Source: Felis catus (lineage: Eukaryota). From it: a DNA stretch of 64,000 nt. Made by a program: the position numbers and the translations under genes. Under the pieces are notes generated by a model. It ran no database searches, was not told where the DNA came from, and was given only the letters and a program-made list of their open reading frames with translations. Below, piece by piece: positions 49,750 to 63,589 of this stretch; within the stretch, counting starts at the first letter, position 1; every line of letters begins with the position of its first letter. The stretch lies in contig NC_058368.1 in NCBI RefSeq assembly GCF_018350175.1, forward strand, positions 74,216,001-74,280,000, read 5' to 3'.

Positions 49750-50500
49750 AGAAAACTGAAAATCAACTTGACCTCCTTCTTTCCCTCACACTGCATATCT
49801 AATTACTCAACAAATCCTCCAAGCTTTGCCTTCAAATTACATTCAGAACGTGACCTCCTTCACCAATAGGTTTCTGTTCTTTCCAGGTCCCCACCTCCCC
49901 AAAACGTGACTCACCACCAAATGGCCAGAGCGATTTTTTTTTTAATTTCCAAATCTCCCCATTTCCTTCTAACCCAGGGCCGAAATTCTTGTGATGACCT
50001 CCCAGGCACTGCAGATCTGGACTCCAGAGGCCTCTGATTTCTCCTCCTGGATCACTCCACACCACCCACAACGATCTCCTTGCTGTTCCTCACCCATTCC
50101 GTGTACATTTCCACCTGATGCCTTTATACTGGCCATTCTTCCTCTCTGGAATGCTCTTTACCCAGATATTCACATGTGTAACCACTGCACCCACTCCAGG
50201 TGTCGGTAGACATGCAGTTCATTTTCTCAGTGAGACTTGTCCTGGCCACCCTCTTTAAAATTCAACCCTGCCCTCTGCTCCCCTGACCAGCACTCACGAT
50301 TCACTTTATGCAGCTGTACTGTTTTACTTTTCTATAGCATTTATCACCTTCTACAACTAGACTATAAATGTTGCTTCTTTTATTTGTTTCTCTGTTTTGC
50401 TATTTTTCTCTGGATTGTTGAAATGGAGGCACTGATCACTTTCTGATTGGTTCACTGATGTATCCTAAGTGCTCCAAGTAATTTGTCACTCAACGAATTG
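49750..50500 (+). mobile_element. L2 3' region
   Basis: ctcttctttccctcacac, tctggaatgctctt, tctcagtgagacttgtcctggccacc, gttcactgatgtatcc. Confidence 0.7.
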
Positions 50501-53245
50501 TTATTATTTTTTTTTATATTTAATGAAAATGCTTTCATCTCCAGGGTTTAATATTTGTTCACCTACGTTGCAAGATTTTTTCCATGCATGATTTAAGAAA
50601 AGAAGACTTTACGGTGAGTGAAAGGCACAGATTTACTTCTCTATTCCAAGAATTTTGACAAATGAATCCGTCACGTAACCCACCACTCTATCGTGTATCA
50701 AACAGTGCAAGCATCCATTTGCTTTCCTCCACTGTTGATTAGTTTAGCATATTCCAGAACTTTATACAATCACATGGGAAAACCACGTAGTACGTGCATC
50801 TCCTTGTACTCAGCTTAACCTCTTTGCGTCTCGTTCACATCGTGGCACCTATCAGTAGTATATTCTTGGTATAATTTGCATGGCTCTCATTTTCATGCTA
50901 CTGTGCAAATTCTCCCCTTTAGACTTGTCAAAAGGATTCATTCACCCGTCTACTGCCGGCCTTATAGATGTATGCCATTTAGCATTTTTGATACCAGCAA
51001 CGTGCTGACTGAGAGGCACACAGACAGTATTTGGGATGAGTACAGCAGAATGATTGGGAAGTTTGCTTCTCTCATTACTGATTTTCCTCTTCTTTACATT
51101 GTGCTCCATTCCCCAGAGGAATGATGGATGGAAATGTGTATGGATTTGTCCAATCTGTCCCGGTGCGTTGATAGCCTTTGATTGTCTTGAAAGCTCCTGC
51201 CACAATTTGTCCATAGAGGGTCATCTCATCTACTTCCGCTTGCAAGCCTCCTGCTTTTTCTCCATTTTGTTTCACAAATATCATTACTGACCCTCATATT
51301 TCCCACAACGCTGGCAATTTGATCCTAAAGAAGGCTACATGACTTAAAGTGATCCTTAAAATTAATTTTCCATGCAACTTTTGTCATTTGTGCTGAAGTG
51401 ATTTTAGGCTGAACTGATTTTTATGAAAATGCTAAACCCAGCGCTGGCCTCATTTATGGTCTCCTTAAATGCAGTCAGATAGATACCAGTGGAGCAGACT
51501 CAGGGGGTAGAGCTTTTAAATGTTAGGAGATTATTTGATTGTGACAATGTATAGAATTTCCAAAATATGTCCTTCTCTATCTTCAAAGAAACAGTCTCTC
51601 ACATTCAATCAATTCACACCAATCTTATTTTAAATAAGCCACCAAGTCAAATTAGTAAAGAGAACGATGAAACTGAGCATATTATTTAAATGTAAATAAA
51701 CGGCATTGTTTTAAAAGAGTCAAATACAATGTCGGGAATTGAACTTTGGCACTGTAGTATCATAAAAGCTCTTTCTTGCAATTAAAACAGTGATGGGTAG
51801 AGATAAGAGGTTTGGGAACAATTTATATTTCCCCCAAGTCAGGTTTCAAGAAATCGCTCCTAAGTTTGTCCTTTGTACCCTTCATAGTCGACTGCACAAA
51901 CACAACATACTCTCTGGGCTAATTTTTTGAGTCGTAAATGTAAAGATTTTACAAGGGACACGAAAAGTGATCGAATAGAGGAAAGCATTTATATTGTGAA
52001 GCAACACTGGCAAAATTATTCGTCCTGGTTGTCCTGAACCAGAACAGACAAAATGTTGGCACACAAGATGTTCCAGCCTTCAGGACAAATATGCCAAGTC
52101 AGAGGGTTCCCAGAGGGTGTCTTGAAGCCAGGTCAATACAAGTCTATTCCCAGAAGTACTTGTTTGAAAACAACAGTTTGCTGCAATGAAAAAGAGGAGA
52201 CTGATAATAAACTTGAGACTGCGGTAGAGGGTGAGACATCTAGAGAAGCGGGTTCATTGGAGAAGGGAAATTAGAAGCATGGGAGCGGTGGAAGCTTGGA
52301 GAAACAATACCGGAAGGAGTAAGGGCCAGCAGCCAGGGGTTAAGTCGAGAGCAGGTCAAGGGTCACTTCCTAATTGTGAGGGCTGGCCCTGCAGCCCTTT
52401 TGAAAGTTCCTGAATCACCCACCTAAGACACGCTCACAGCTGCTTGGATTTGGTGGGTGAATAAATACAGTAAGCGGTATATTGCTTTGCTGATTAGAAA
52501 ATTGATCCACTCCTTCCTCCATCTCCACAACTATTTTGAGATGCTTTTTGCAGCTCTTCGGATGTCATCTGGGTCTTGACTCTTCTTCAGGACGTGAGTC
52601 TGGAAGCGCAACGGTGATTTCCCGGTGGTGAAGCTCATGTGGAACCAATACAAAGGAACAGGTTCTGCGCTAGCCAGTTATCCAAACAAACACATTTTTC
52701 TTGTGAGGTTAACTTCGGCTTTCCTTTTACTTAAATACACAGACGTTACTCAAATGCCAAGGAGAAAAGATGGGCCTACCCTCGGCCGGAGAGTCTTTCT
52801 CAAACCCGGATGATTCAGGCCGGCATTAAGCGCCACAGAGAAGGCGTGGGTGGGTTGGGAGGCTGTTTTATGCACCCGTGAGCGATTGAAGAAATTCGAA
52901 ATTAATCGAGAGGGATCCTGTATTTTTCTCTTTGATAACATCCTCTTTAGGATTTCGAGCTCAGGGTTGACAATATGTTTCAACAAAGTTGCTCTTTTTA
53001 ATGACAAAGAAAGGTGTATTCTGAAGTCCGTCTGACACAAACATAAATAATGAACCCGGTGTCAGTGCACAGGTATTCCAATCCTTCTGTTCCACAGAAA
53101 AAGAAAAGAAAAAAAAAATGGAGGGAAAAGCAAAAGGATTTTGCAATGTTAATGGTTGCCTTGGATGTATTGAGTTTTTTCCTTGGTCTTATTTACCGCA
53201 TACCTTTTTATGAAAAATGACTGAAAAATGCCCTTTTGGTCACTT

Positions 53246-53458
53246 CTTTTTTAGATTATTTTTTTTTAATGTTTATTTATTTTTGAGAAAGAGACAGAGC
53301 ACAATAGGGGAGGGCTAGAGAGAGAGGGAGACACAGAATCCGAAGCAGGCTCCAGGCTCTGAGCTGTCGGCACAGAGCCCGATGCGGGGCTCGAACTCAC
53401 AAACTCTGAGATCATGCCTGAAGTCAGACGCTCAACTGACTGAGCCACCCAGGCACCC
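53246..53458 (-). mobile_element. Can-SINE
   Basis: Full body; TSD cccttttggt(c/t)actt. Confidence 0.95.
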
Positions 53459-56020
53459 TCCCCCCAACCCTTTTGGTTACTTTTGTGTGGTGTGTATATG
53501 TGTGTATGTGTGTGTGCCACAAAAGGCAACCGCAGTTAAAACAGCTCTCTCTCTCTCTCTTTTATTTAAGTTCATTTAAAAAGCATGTTATCAAAACCAT
53601 AAATATTGCTTATACTTCTGCTTACAAATAAACAAGAAGACGTTAGTTCACAAAAGGACACTAGGTTTATCTGAGGTTTCTGAATATACTCTCCCTTCCA
53701 TCAAAATAATATCCCTGTGAAAAGTCAAGTTTATGCTCTGTTTTCTATGTCTGTTTCTATAGCACTGTGTTGGCAAAGTCACCAGGAGGAAGGGTACACC
53801 CAGCAGTTTTGACGTGGTGACAGATTTCATTAAGAATGAAAAATTCTTCGAGAGGAGAAAATGAGACCAGTGAGGTAAATAGCCTCTCTTGAAATTCAGA
53901 GAACTTTCTAATAACTCCGTTTTCCTGATGAGCCACAGGTCGTTTGTTTGCTTTGCAAAGACCCAGTGTTTCAAATGAGGTAGCCTCGTGGCATTATTCT
54001 GCTCCTAGGTATCCGTGCCGACGAATAGTAATATACAAGTGTATGAAGAAGTAAATGGTGTGCACAAAATGGCCTTTTAAATCACTGCCTAGAGTTATGG
54101 TGAAATATTGACTTTCTCGCAACAATAAATTCCCTTTTCGGGTTCTCAGCCGCCATCTGACTGCCAGGGTGTTGTGAATGAAGAAGTGACACTTGGTGAC
54201 TGGCATTCCTGTCCTCCTGCCAGCCGCTCGCTGGGCACCCAGACATGGCATGCCACGGATCTCTATGCAGTGCTAAATCATTCTGTCCACCAGCTAGCTT
54301 CTGTGGCAGATGTATTGACCACAGCTTCGGAGAGCATTCCGTGAGTAATTTCGCGCCAAGCTGTTTACTCAAGTGTTTGGCTTTTGGAATCTTGTTTGCT
54401 AATGGTTCTGCAAACCCAGGCTATAAAATCTACCCAAATTCATTCCTCCTTCTCAATTCTGCTTTATAATTCGTCAGGCCAGTTATGGGCAACGGGTCTT
54501 CCTTCTTTGAGAGGCACGGGTTTGACGTTTGGGGTTTTGTTTTTTTGTTTCAATTAGACAGGAACACAAAGATGGGCTCCGTTTTTATTTTAAACTACCA
54601 TCCTTCGTGGGGTTTAGTTTCCACAGTTTATGAAGATCATTTTAATTTTACCTAAACTTTGCCACGAAACAAAAGGCCAGATGTTACGATTTACGACTAA
54701 TTTTTATAGGCAAGATTTTCAGCACGTCCTCATGAGAAAAAGTACGGTGTGGGAATAATAAAGATACATAGATACATAAAGTTATGGTCTTTTGAACACG
54801 AAGTTGTTGAGAAAAGGCCACAGAGACGTGAAAGCGATAAGCAGGTGCCGTAGCTGGTCTTTCTTTCTCGAGGATACATTGGAGCTGTTTGTAGATTAGT
54901 TTTAATTATCCCTTTGAAAAGTGTGCAGAATTCCAGATTTGCTCAGTTGAACCACTGTGCTGTGTATGTTTTTTCTCAATTGATCAGATTTGCCAGAATT
55001 AGTTGGGGATAGGAATTATACACTCAGAGAAATAAAACTTTTGATATTTAATTTACTTATGGCAGTCTAACAATGCCAGCGTTAAAGTTGAATAAAGCAA
55101 GTATGCTTACCATTTCCTTTACAATGGACTCAGGGGCACATCTCCAGCAAATGAGATCTTATGTGGGCCCAGGTCGTTTCCTAGTTGAAAGCCCTCATAA
55201 GGCGGTTTTAATGGTGACGCGAGGCTCGCTCCTTAAATTCACCTCACAGCGTTTACACCAACTTTTCTATTGAAATTACCTGCACAGAAGAACACCGCAG
55301 GATGCATTTCCAAGAATTCGTCACATAGTTGAGACTCCTCGAAAGGCAAGTCCCAACTCTGAGAGCATCTGAGAGACCGGTTTTCGGAGTGGCGGCACCG
55401 TAAGAGCATCCGTTATGGGCAAATGGCAATATGCAGGTTAATGACTAAAGAAATGACCTCTGATGGTTTTAGTATTCTTATAAATGCAGTTGTATTCTCA
55501 ATTCCGAATATATAAAAGAGCAATATACCGCCTCACCTATTATTTTATATTAGCAATGCATCAGGTATGCGTGTCTCACAATAAGATTAATGTCTGTTGT
55601 AAACTGCGTAACTGGCTTCTGTAATGCACTGGGATACTTTTAAATGAGGGAGGTTTTTATTTCACCAGACATAAACGGAGTACTTCCTATAAATGAGTTA
55701 TGTTATTTGAGGTCCTTAGAAGCACATCTGGCCCGTAATAACACTAAGTGTTGGCCGTTATTATTTTGGCTGTTATTGCCATCTTATATCCGATACTGAA
55801 GTTTAGGTGAATTTTCTCAGGTCTCACCATGCTCATGGGCTAAATAGAGATGAGTAAATTCTCCCCATTACTAGTTTATTCTTTCTTTCCATACTAAATT
55901 CTGTCTGCCCCTAGGGCAATTGCAATAGACCTGTAAATGAACAAACACCTCACTTCGCAGACAATGGACTCTTCAAACGTAATCTACTCCTCAACCAAGC
56001 ACTGTTACACAGTGATGATC

Positions 56021-56023
56021 TTT

Positions 56024-56072
<49 letters not shown>

Positions 56073-56080
56073 TTTCTTCT
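56021..56080 (+). repeat. (TTTC)n microsatellite, probably derived from an L1 poly(A) tail
   Basis: Direct sequence adjoining the 3' end of a minus-strand L1. Confidence 0.85.
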
Positions 56081-56120
56081 TTTTTTTTAATGAAGATAAA
56101 ATTTAAGTCCTGTGAATTTT

Positions 56121-56327
56121 TTATTTTTTCAAAAAAATTTTTTTTAATGCTTACTCATTTTTTGAGAGACAGAGCATGATAGGGAGGCACAGAATCTGAA
56201 GCAGGCTCCAGGCTCTGAACTGAGAGCACAGAACCCGACACGGGGCTCGAACTCACAAACCATGAGATCATGACCTGAGCTGAAGTCAGACGCTTAACCA
56301 ACTAAGCCACCCAGGCTCAGGGACTCC
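56121..56327 (-). mobile_element. Can-SINE
   Basis: Shortened CT tract; TSD aagtcct(g/a)tgaatttt. Confidence 0.93.
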
Positions 56328-56695
56328 AAGTCCTATGAATTTTGATAGACATATACAATCGATGAAGATTCACCCTGATAAATATATACAATAATCCAAA
56401 GTTCCCTTGTATCCCTTTCATTCAATCTCCATCGTTCGCTGGTAACTACTAATTGACTTCTGATTTTGCCTGTTATTCATATAAATGAAATCATAAAATA
56501 TGTACTTCATGTAAGTAGAATTACAATGTGTGTATTGTTTAGTTTGCCTTCTTTTGTTCTGCATAACGTTTTTGAGATTTATCTACGATGTTTATTTCAT
56601 TTTTTTTTTTTTGGCCAAATATAAATGCTTTGTAAGAAGATACCAAAATTTATTTAACCATTTTCCTGTTGATCAACACTTGTGTTGATTTCGGT

Positions 56696-56929
56696 TTTTT
56701 TATTTTTATTTTTATTTTTTGTAACATTTATTTATTTTTGAGACAGAGAGAGAGAGAGAGAGCATGAACAGGGGAGGGTCAGAGAAAGAGGGAGACACAG
56801 AATCCGAAACAGGCTCCAGGCTCTGAGCTGTCAGCACAGAGCCCGACGCGGGGCTAGAACTCACGGACTGCGAGATCGTGACCTGAGCCGAAGTCGGACG
56901 CTTAACCAACTGAGCCACCCAGGCGCTCC
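56696..56929 (-). mobile_element. Can-SINE (SINEC_Fc2-like)
   Basis: Full-length; TSD ttgatt(t/c)cggt. Confidence 0.96.
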
Positions 56930-57257
56930 TTGATTCCGGTATTTGATCATTATGATAAAACTGTGTGAAATGACATTTGAGCAAGTATTTTTGTTGGCAT
57001 ATGTTTCCATGTCTCGGATAAATATGTGAAAGCTGACATTGGGTAAAACGGTTAATGTTTAGCTATAAAGGAAGTTTCAAAGTCGTTTCTAAAGTGGTAA
57101 TTCGTTTTTACTTCATTAACAATGTATAAAAGTTGCAGTTGTTGTACAGCCTGACCAATGCCTGATATTGTAATTGTTTTTAATTTTAGACATCTTAATA
57201 AAGGTAAGAAGCTTTAACTCGCATTTTTCTCATAGCAAATGATGGTTAGCCTTTTTA

Positions 57258-57484
57258 TTTTATTTTTTTTTAATTTTTTTTTCAACGTTTATTTATTTTT
57301 GGGACAGAGAGAGACAGAGCATGAACGGGGGAGGGGCAGAGAGAAGGGAGACACAGAATCGGAAGCAGGCTCCAGGCTCTGAGCCATCAGCCCAGAGCCT
57401 GACGCGGGGCTCGAACTCCCGGACCGCGAGATCGTGACCTGGTTGAAGTCGGACGCTTAACCGACTGCGCCACCCAGGCGCCCC
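57258..57484 (-). mobile_element. Young felid Can-SINE (SINEC_Fc-like)
   Basis: gagccatcagcccagagcc, actgcgccaccc; perfect TSD atggttagccttttta. Confidence 0.98.
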
Positions 57485-58954
57485 AATGGTTAGCCTTTTT
57501 AAAGTTTATTCATCTTTTCTTTTGTTAAATGCTTATTAAGGTCTTTTGCTTATTTTTATTGGGGTGTATATCTTTTAATGATGAGTTGTAAGAGCTCTTT
57601 ATATATCGTGGCTGCATTTGTTTCATATTAATGTATAGAGAATATTCTCCCCCATGTTGTAGTTTGCCTACTTCCTTCCTTTTTGGTGCCTTTTGAAGAA
57701 CATTTTAATGAAGTCCAGCTTATTGATGCTTTCCTTTACAATTTATGCTTTTTGTGTTCTAAGAAATACTCCAGAGTCACAAACATATTCTTCTCTTTTC
57801 TCCTAGAAGTTTCATAGTTTAGGCTTTTCCCATTTAGATCTGAACCCACTTCGAATAATATTTTTGTGTAGGGTGTTAATAAAGTCAATCATTAATTTTT
57901 TCCCCATATAGATATCCAATTCGTCCAACAAAATTTGTTTAAAAAAACCTTTCTTTTCCCTTTGAAATGTCACCTTTGGCAAAAATCAATTGACTGCATA
58001 ATATGGGTCAATTTCTCCTCTGTTCCTTTTACATATTAGTCCCCCTTGATTCTAATACCACTGTTCTATCTCCTCTAGTCATTTTGAAATCAGGTTAATG
58101 TAAACCCTCCAACTTTGCTGCTCTCTTTAAAAATTTGCTATAGTGATTTTAGATTTTTCTAACTTCATTATACATTTTAGAACCAAATCGCAACCTCCAC
58201 AGAATGTTCCGGAGGATATTGATTGAGATTGAGGTGCATTTATAGATCAGTTTGGGAGAACTGACCTTGTTGAAATAGTGAAACTTTCAATCTATGGGCA
58301 AAATATAAGTCTACATTATTCTCGGGGTGGTTTTCATTTTTTTCATCTCAGTGACTTTCTATAATTTCCAGTGAAGAGATACTTTTGATATATTTTTGTT
58401 AAATTTATTCCAAAATATTTTATTTTTGACACTCTTATAAGTGAGCTTTTACTTTACTTTCCTACTGTTGGTTGGTAGTATATAAAATATGATTTCTTTA
58501 AATTTATTAACTTTTTATCCTTCAACAATTTTACACTCACATACTGGGTTAAATAGTTTTGTGAATCTCAGAATCTCTCGTGTAAACAATGATGCCATCT
58601 GCAATTACAGACAGTTTTCCTTTTCCAATCTAAATGAATTTTCTCCCTTGGCTCTTTGGGACAGGGCGGACCTCCGGTCCAAAGCACATTTGTCTCTTCG
58701 ATGACTTTAGGGTCAGGCATTCACAACTCAGTCATTAATTATGCCCTTTATTTGCATGAAGACATTTCTCTCTATTCCTAGTTTGCTAAGGATGAATTAG
58801 ATGAAAAAGAGCTTATTTATTATAATCACCTGTTACGTTTATGGATTTTCAAATGTGAACCCCAACATTTTCTTTGAAGCACTGCTTTAGCTCCATTTCA
58901 TACATTTTAATATATGGTACTTTTAATACAATATATAGTTCAAGATGTTTTCTG

Positions 58955-59181
58955 TTTTTTTGTTTTTTGTTTTTTTGTTTTTTTTTTTTGTTAAGATTAT
59001 TTATTTATTTTCAGAGAGCATGAGCAAGGAAGGGGCAGAGAGAGAAGGAGAGAGAGAATCCCAAGCACACTCCACACTCTTAGCACAAAGCACAATGCAA
59101 GTCTCGACCTCATGAACCGAGAGATCATGGCCTGAGCTAAAAGCAAGAGTTGGACGCCTAACTGAGCCACCCAGACAACCC
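58955..59181 (-). mobile_element. Can-SINE (diverged)
   Basis: (GTTTTT)n tail, (GA)n, actgagccacccagac head. Confidence 0.9.
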
Positions 59182-60539
59182 ATTTTCTGATTTCTGATTT
59201 CTAAGTTCTTCTTTGACCCAAGCACTATTGAGAAAGTTGTTCAATTTATAAATATTTTCAAATATTCTTTTTGGAAGATCTGATTTCTAATTCAATTCTA
59301 CGTGGTCAGACAACACTCTCTGTAATCAGATTTCAATTATTTTAATTGTTTTGAGAATTGTTTAATGGCCTGATACATTGGCTTTTCTTGGTGAATATAA
59401 CAAAGCACACTTGTGAAGGATTTTTTTTCAGTTGTTGAGCACAATGCTCTATAAATACCAATTAAGCAATCCATCTTTCCACTGATGTTTTTTCTAGATA
59501 TTTTATCACCCAAATAAAGAGGGATGTTAACATATCCTACTATGGTTGCGAAATTACCTATTACTTACTTTGTCAATTTTTATTTCATGTATTTTGAGGC
59601 TTTGCTAGCAGACAAATCTACATTTATGATTGTTGTGTCTTCCTGGTGAATTGATCTTTATGTGATTATGAACTGGCCAGCCCTCTTTATCTCTGTAATA
59701 CTCTCTGTCTTGATGTCTACTTTTCTGATGTTCTTGTGGCCCCTGCAGACTTAATTGATTGATGTTAAGCCACTTAAAGTACATTCCTTATGACTAGCAT
59801 AAAATTTTATATTGATCTACTGTAATAACTGTTGCTTTTTAATGGGATTATCTGGTATATTAGAATAATATAATTCTTTATAACTTTGCATGTCAGTCTA
59901 TTAATTTGCCATTTATTTTTCTGGTTGTTCCCTCTGTTTTTTTGTTGTGCTGTTTCTTTTTTACTGTCTTCTATGAAGTATTTGAATAACTTTTAGAATG
60001 CTGTTTTATCTCTTGACTCTTTACTTATTTGTTCTATTCATTTTTGTTTATTCTACCAGGAATCACAATATACATTCTCTTTTTTTTTTCATAATCTTTT
60101 GGCATGTACCATCTCATGTGATATTTAGAAAACTTGCAACCATAAGGTTGTATTGACTAACCCATCACCTTTTAAGCTATAGTTATTTTAGGTGTTACAC
60201 CAATACACATTGAAAACCCCACAAAAAAGGTTACAATTTGTGCTTTAAACTGTTACACATATTTTAAACAAATAAGAAACAGAGTCTCTTAAATGTTCTC
60301 ATATATTCAGCATTCCTAGCACTTTTTATTCCTTCCTAAAATGCAAGCTGCCCCCTGGTGTTCTTTTTTTTTAACCTTAAGAACTACCTATAGCATGACA
60401 GTGTAGGTATGATTATAACTGTAATGGCAAATAAGCTTAATTTTGCTTCATTTGCAAATGTTAATATTTTGCCTTCACTCTTGATGGAGATTTTTGTTGG
60501 ACCGAATTCTGGGTGAAAGTTGGTTTTCCTTTAGCATGT

Positions 60540-60869
60540 AAAAGAAGGTCTTTACATAATGACGCAAGAGTCAGTTCATTCAGAAAACAAAACCATTATG
60601 AATGAAGATTTGTCTAACAATGAGCCTCAGAGCATCCAAAAATGCTAAAATTGAAGGGTGAAATCCTAAGTCCACAATCATAGTAGGTTTGAACATTTCT
60701 CTCTAGCAGTTGATAAAACACCTAGAAAAAAAAACCTATAAAAATATAGAAGACTTAATTGATATTTATAGAACTCTGTCCACAACAACTACAAAATAAA
60801 CATTCTTTTCAAGTACACATTGTCTTATTCACCAAGGTAGACTCTGTATTGGGCCACTATGCAAGTCTC
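60540..60869 (+). mobile_element. L1 endonuclease-region fragment in opposite orientation to its host L1
   Basis: ccacaatcatagtagg, gatatttatagaactct, cattcttttcaagtacacat, attcaccaaggtagac. Confidence 0.75.
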
Positions 60870-61623
60870 GCTTTTTTCTGTCTGACGTCAATTCTAATGA
60901 GAATTCCAGAGGTAATCCCATGATTTGTCCCTTGTACGTAAGGTATTGGTTTTGTTTGGCTGCTTTCAAAATATTTTCTTTAGTTTTGCTTTTCAGAAAT
61001 TTGACTGAGATGTATTTAGGTGTGGTTGTCTTCCCATTTATGTTTGGGTTTCAGGGAGCTTCTTAAAGGTAATAAATATATGTCTGATTCTCCATGTTGA
61101 AAGTTATTATCTCTTTCCAAGGAATCTTTGCTGACCTATACTCTTTCTTTTCCTTTTGAGTTAGCAATTACCCATAATGTAGATCTGTTGACATTGCCAG
61201 TGGTGTCTTTGTGGCCCTGATTATTTTATTCCATTTCTTTTCTTTTTCAATTTTGATCATTTATATTGATCTAACTTCAAGGTCACTCTTTCCTCCATCA
61301 TGCCCATCAGATTATTAATGATTCTGTGAGTTTTATATTTTACGGTTTTTCTATATATTTCAGCTGATACTATCTCCAGCACCAGATACAAGGATTGGGG
61401 GCACATGAGTCAGGCTGAGCCCATCAGTGCAGTCACCTTCCATCCCCTTCCCTGGACCCAATGATTAGTTTAGAAAAGGCTGCATGAGGTAAATCAGATG
61501 GTTCAGTGACCACGAACCTTACTTTCTGGAATTTACATTGAGTTCTCTGATATAAGGACACTCTCTACTTGTGACCTCAGAGTTGTACTTATTTGATCTG
61601 AAACTTTAAAAGTAGTGTTCCTC

Positions 61624-61834
61624 TTTTTTTTTTTTTAGGTTTATTTATTTTGAGGGGGAGAGGGAGGGTGGGAGAGGGGCAGAGAGAGAGAGGAAGATAG
61701 TGAATCCCAAGCAGACTTGGCACACCAGCAACGCAGAGCCCAACATGGAGCTTGAACCCATGAAATGCAAGAATACCACCTAAGCCGAAACCAAGAGTCA
61801 GACGCTTAATGGACTGAGCCACCCAGGTGCCCCC
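61624..61834 (-). mobile_element. Can-SINE
   Basis: T-tail, head ctgagccacccaggtgcccc. Confidence 0.92.
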
Positions 61835-61915
61835 GAAGTCGTGCTCTTTTTAAAATGCTTATCAGTTATGTCAATCTTTGCTCAAACCCTCTGGGTGTTT
61901 TCAGTTTCTAATTAA

Positions 61916-62132
61916 ATTTTTTTTAGTGTTTTTATTTATTTTTGAGAGAGAGAGAGAGAGATCACGTGCAAGCAGGGGAGGGGCAGAGAGAGAGGGAGAC
62001 ACAGATTCCGAAGCAGGCTCCAGGCTCCGAGCTGTCAGCACAGAACCTGACACGGGGCTCGAACTGGCGAACCATGAGACCATGACCTGAGCAGAAGTTG
62101 GATGCCTAATCGACTGAGCCACCCAGGCGCCC
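61916..62132 (-). mobile_element. Can-SINE (SINEC_Fc2-like)
   Basis: Full-length body ending gagccacccaggcgccc. Confidence 0.96.
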
Positions 62133-62139
62133 AGGCTAT

Positions 62140-62610
62140 AATTTAGAGTAAAAGCAAGTATTCTTATGATGACTTACATGGCTCTAGATGACTTCACCCC
62201 TGAACTACCTTTCTGAGTGCCTTGCCCACCTGTATCCCCTTCTCACTGTGTTCTGCCCATTCTGACCTGTCGTCTCCTTCAACCGCATCAGGCACACTCC
62301 ACCTTCAGAATCTCTTTCTTGGTTTCCCTCCGCTTGGAAGCCTTTTCCTAGAGATATCTCCAATGGTCCTTTCTGGAATGCATTCTAGTCCTGAGGCAAA
62401 CACTCTCTTAGGAGAGGCTTTTCTCTTTGACAACTTTCTTAGCAGCCCTACCAAAAATACCCTTCCTCATCACCCTATGCTCCTTACCCTGAATTAGGTT
62501 TCATTTTTTCACTGAATATACATATATACATGTGTGCGTGCACACACACACACACACACACACCACGCGGTATACAATAGGCACTCAAAAGATACTTGCT
62601 GAATGAAGCC
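62140..62610 (+). mobile_element. L2 3' region with (CA)n insertion
   Basis: ttagagtaaaagcaag, ggcacactccacct, aataggcactcaaaagatacttgctgaatga tail. Confidence 0.65.
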
Positions 62611-63589
62611 AGCAGAGATTACTGTTTAGGGTCTGAGATTAAAGTCAACTGAAGAATTCAGAGCAAAAGATAATAGCTGATAGTGTCATGTGAAGCCTGA
62701 ATCAAGCTATGTCTGAAGCTAGACTTACGTCTTCTTTCAATATTTGAGCCAATACATTTCTTACACATTCTTGTTCTCTATTATTGTTATTAATATTACT
62801 TTCCCTTTTTATTGTGTTCATAGGATGGCAATTTGCATTCTCTATGTTATGAATATGTTAGACAAGAGGATTTGGGGAGGATCATTTTTTATCATCACCA
62901 CCTACAAATTGGTATTTGACGTCAGAAAATTGCCATGTATAGCAAGTAATTAAAGTGAAAAAGAAATATTATTTGGTAAATATATGTTTTTTAAATCTCT
63001 AAGTAACTGATTATGGAAGTGAAACACTGATATCACCTGTTTGTACAAGTGTATGCGGCTTTCTTCTTCTAGTGCAAAGATTTTTGTGCTTCATTTGAAA
63101 GGAATGGATGGAGCATATGGAAGAACAACAACAACAAAACATTTTATCAGGTTTCAGGATTTGAGCACTATAACTTAGTTCTTCCCATAAGAAGTGCCAC
63201 GTACAATGAAATAAAATAACTAAAAAAAGTAATAAGCCATATAACAACATTAGATATAGCATAAGAAGCTCTAAGAATAAGTGCCATTTAATCTGAACCA
63301 TGGAGATAAGTTGATTTTTCACAGGTAAAGATAAATCGATGAGCACATGAGGCAAGAAAAGAGAAAAGAAACAGCAGGTTGTAGTAAAGAACCAGAGTAT
63401 AACTTCTGGTCTGATTTAGCAGATGATGAAAGATACTTTGGACTCACATCTTAAAAAGCCTCAACAGCCATGCACAGATGTGAAATTATACTCCTCAGGT
63501 AATTGGGGGCTTCCAGGGGGCTGGAAACCAGAGAGGGTTGAATGCAACATATATTGTAGAGCATAACATGATTAGAAATGTATTGGAGA

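Larger units (their letters stand above)
56085..61345 (-). mobile_element. Long, fragmented old L1M element (3'UTR, ORF2, ORF1 region)
   Basis: Collinear antisense L1 motifs: ttaaccattttcctgttga, ttttaatgaagtcca, ttatagatcagtttgggaga, ctattcctagtttgctaag, gctgctttcaaaatattttct; hosts four SINEs. Confidence 0.8.

Noticed and set aside
54148..54166. Reverse CTCF site convergent with the one at 21123
   Set aside because: It mismatches the near-invariant C at the 5' end of the core; only the cagatggcggc half matches.
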